From Octopus bimaculoides (lineage: Eukaryota): a DNA stretch of 64,000 nucleotides. Below the pieces are notes generated by a model. That model searched no databases, was not told where the DNA came from, and saw only the letters and a list, made by a program, of their open reading frames with translations. A program made the position numbers and the translations under genes. The stretch is from assembly GCF_001194135.2 (NCBI RefSeq), contig NC_069004.1, positions 738,817-802,816 on the forward strand, read 5' to 3'. Below are positions 62,643 to 64,000 of the stretch, in pieces; position 1 is the stretch's first letter; the number at the start of each line of letters is the position of its first letter.

Positions 62643-62737
62643 GAATCTGGGTGGTGATTAAAAGCTTTGTGATTGTATAGGTTGTTAAGAGTTGATTAAT
62701 GGATAACTGTAAGGCAACATTTGGAAGGCGTGCAAAG

Positions 62738-62798
<61 letters not shown>

Positions 62799-62800
62799 CT
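62556..62800. repeat. Compound microsatellites (AAG)n/(AAGAAC)n/(AAC)n and (TATC)n
   Basis: Directly visible; representative of the many (AT)n, (AC)n, (AG)n, (AAT)n and (CAT)n tracts in the window. Confidence 0.9.
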
Positions 62801-64000
62801 TTTTCTTATTTCTCTTCCTTCTTCTACAATGGAGCAGGTATATATATATATGTGTGTGTGTGTATACACACATACAGAGGGAGAATGGAGAGACACAGAG
62901 ACACCAATAGAAGCTGAAATTTAGATAGGCATGAAACAGTGCAGACACACAGACAGTCAGAGCGAAAGAGAGGAGAAAGAGAGAAAGCGAGACAAAGAAA
63001 GACCGAGTGGGGCTTAGTATTGTTACTTCGTCTGCTGTATATAGAGTCGTTGCTATCTCACTGTCTTCGTTCCAGCAGAATAAACTGTTACTAATGTCTT
63101 CACCACCGCAGCAATACAGTTTTAGCGTATTCTCCTCTTAACATTATTATTACACAATCACGACAGTCACGTAAGCAACCATTTATGGCAGACGTTCACT
63201 TAGCAGGTAAAAGTCAGGCGGTTGGGACGTCGTCTGACTGACTGAAAATGGGCAAAAACAAATGTTTCAGCTTATATATTGTATTATCCAATATTTCTCC
63301 ACTTCAACTCGAGTGGAACAATAAAAAATATGCAAGACTTTTCTCACGTTCCAAATGTGAATTTGTGTGTGTTAACTACATCCCAAAGATGGAGCCTTGT
63401 ATCTCTGTTGGAAATCGACTCCCGAATGGCTCCGTCGATATCACTGACCTCCAGTGTGTGATGGCTACTTTGTTTTATCGGCCCTGGGGTGAGGGAAAGG
63501 CAAAGTTGGCCATGAAAGGAAACCCAGAACGTACAGAACAGAAAGAAAAACCGAACGACAGTTTGCCAGACACTCGACTGATCCTTCCAATTAATTCCCT
63601 TAATATATTTTTAATTGAGGTACAGGCCAGTATTTCTTTAGGGGAGAAGGCAATCCCAGGGCTTGACTAGAACTTTATTATATCGACCTCGCAGGGATAA
63701 AAAAAAAAAAAGCAAAATTGGCCTCAGTGGGATTATAGCTATGAAATAATGATCGACAGAAACTTAGCAAGAACTTCACAAACGAAAATCTGATTAAAAG
63801 TAAATGAGAATTTTTTAAATCGAATAATCCAAAACCCGACATTTTTAATATAACAATAATTTAAAGGTGAAGATTATTAAAACTTAAAATCGATAGATAA
63901 ACGAAGCCTATCACCAGTATTTCTAAGATAAAACTTGACGATGAAATAGTAACAGCAATAAAAAAAGATACAAAATCCTGGACAAGGAAGAGGTATTGAA

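Overview
AT-rich eukaryotic genomic scaffold with N gaps, dense microsatellites and tRNA-derived SINEs; the repeat families and the intronless C2H2-ZNF gene point to an octopus (inference). Four protein genes are supported, the spliced ones reconstructed by hand. (1) An intronless 553-aa ORF resembling only the N-terminal, PABP-binding part of eIF4G (420-2081 +). (2) METTL25, 8 coding exons (11174-5826 -). (3) NPAT, head-to-head with METTL25, at least 11 exons (14705-26476 +; C-terminus not found). (4) A six-finger C2H2 gene whose first five recognition helices are near-identical, followed by Cys-rich and His-rich tails (34190-33057 -). Weaker evidence suggests a further gene starting near 59.3-62.5 kb and a few orphan exons. 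Mobile DNA includes R4/Dong RT and REL-endonuclease relics, a Tx1-like LINE relic, a CCHC gag relic, two mariner fragments, a ~640-bp foldback MITE with internal (TTAGGG)n, several SINE families, and a tRNA-headed, Penelope-tailed element carrying a minimal hammerhead ribozyme. No rRNA, true tRNA gene or CRISPR array was seen. Family assignments come from remembered motifs, not from database searches.
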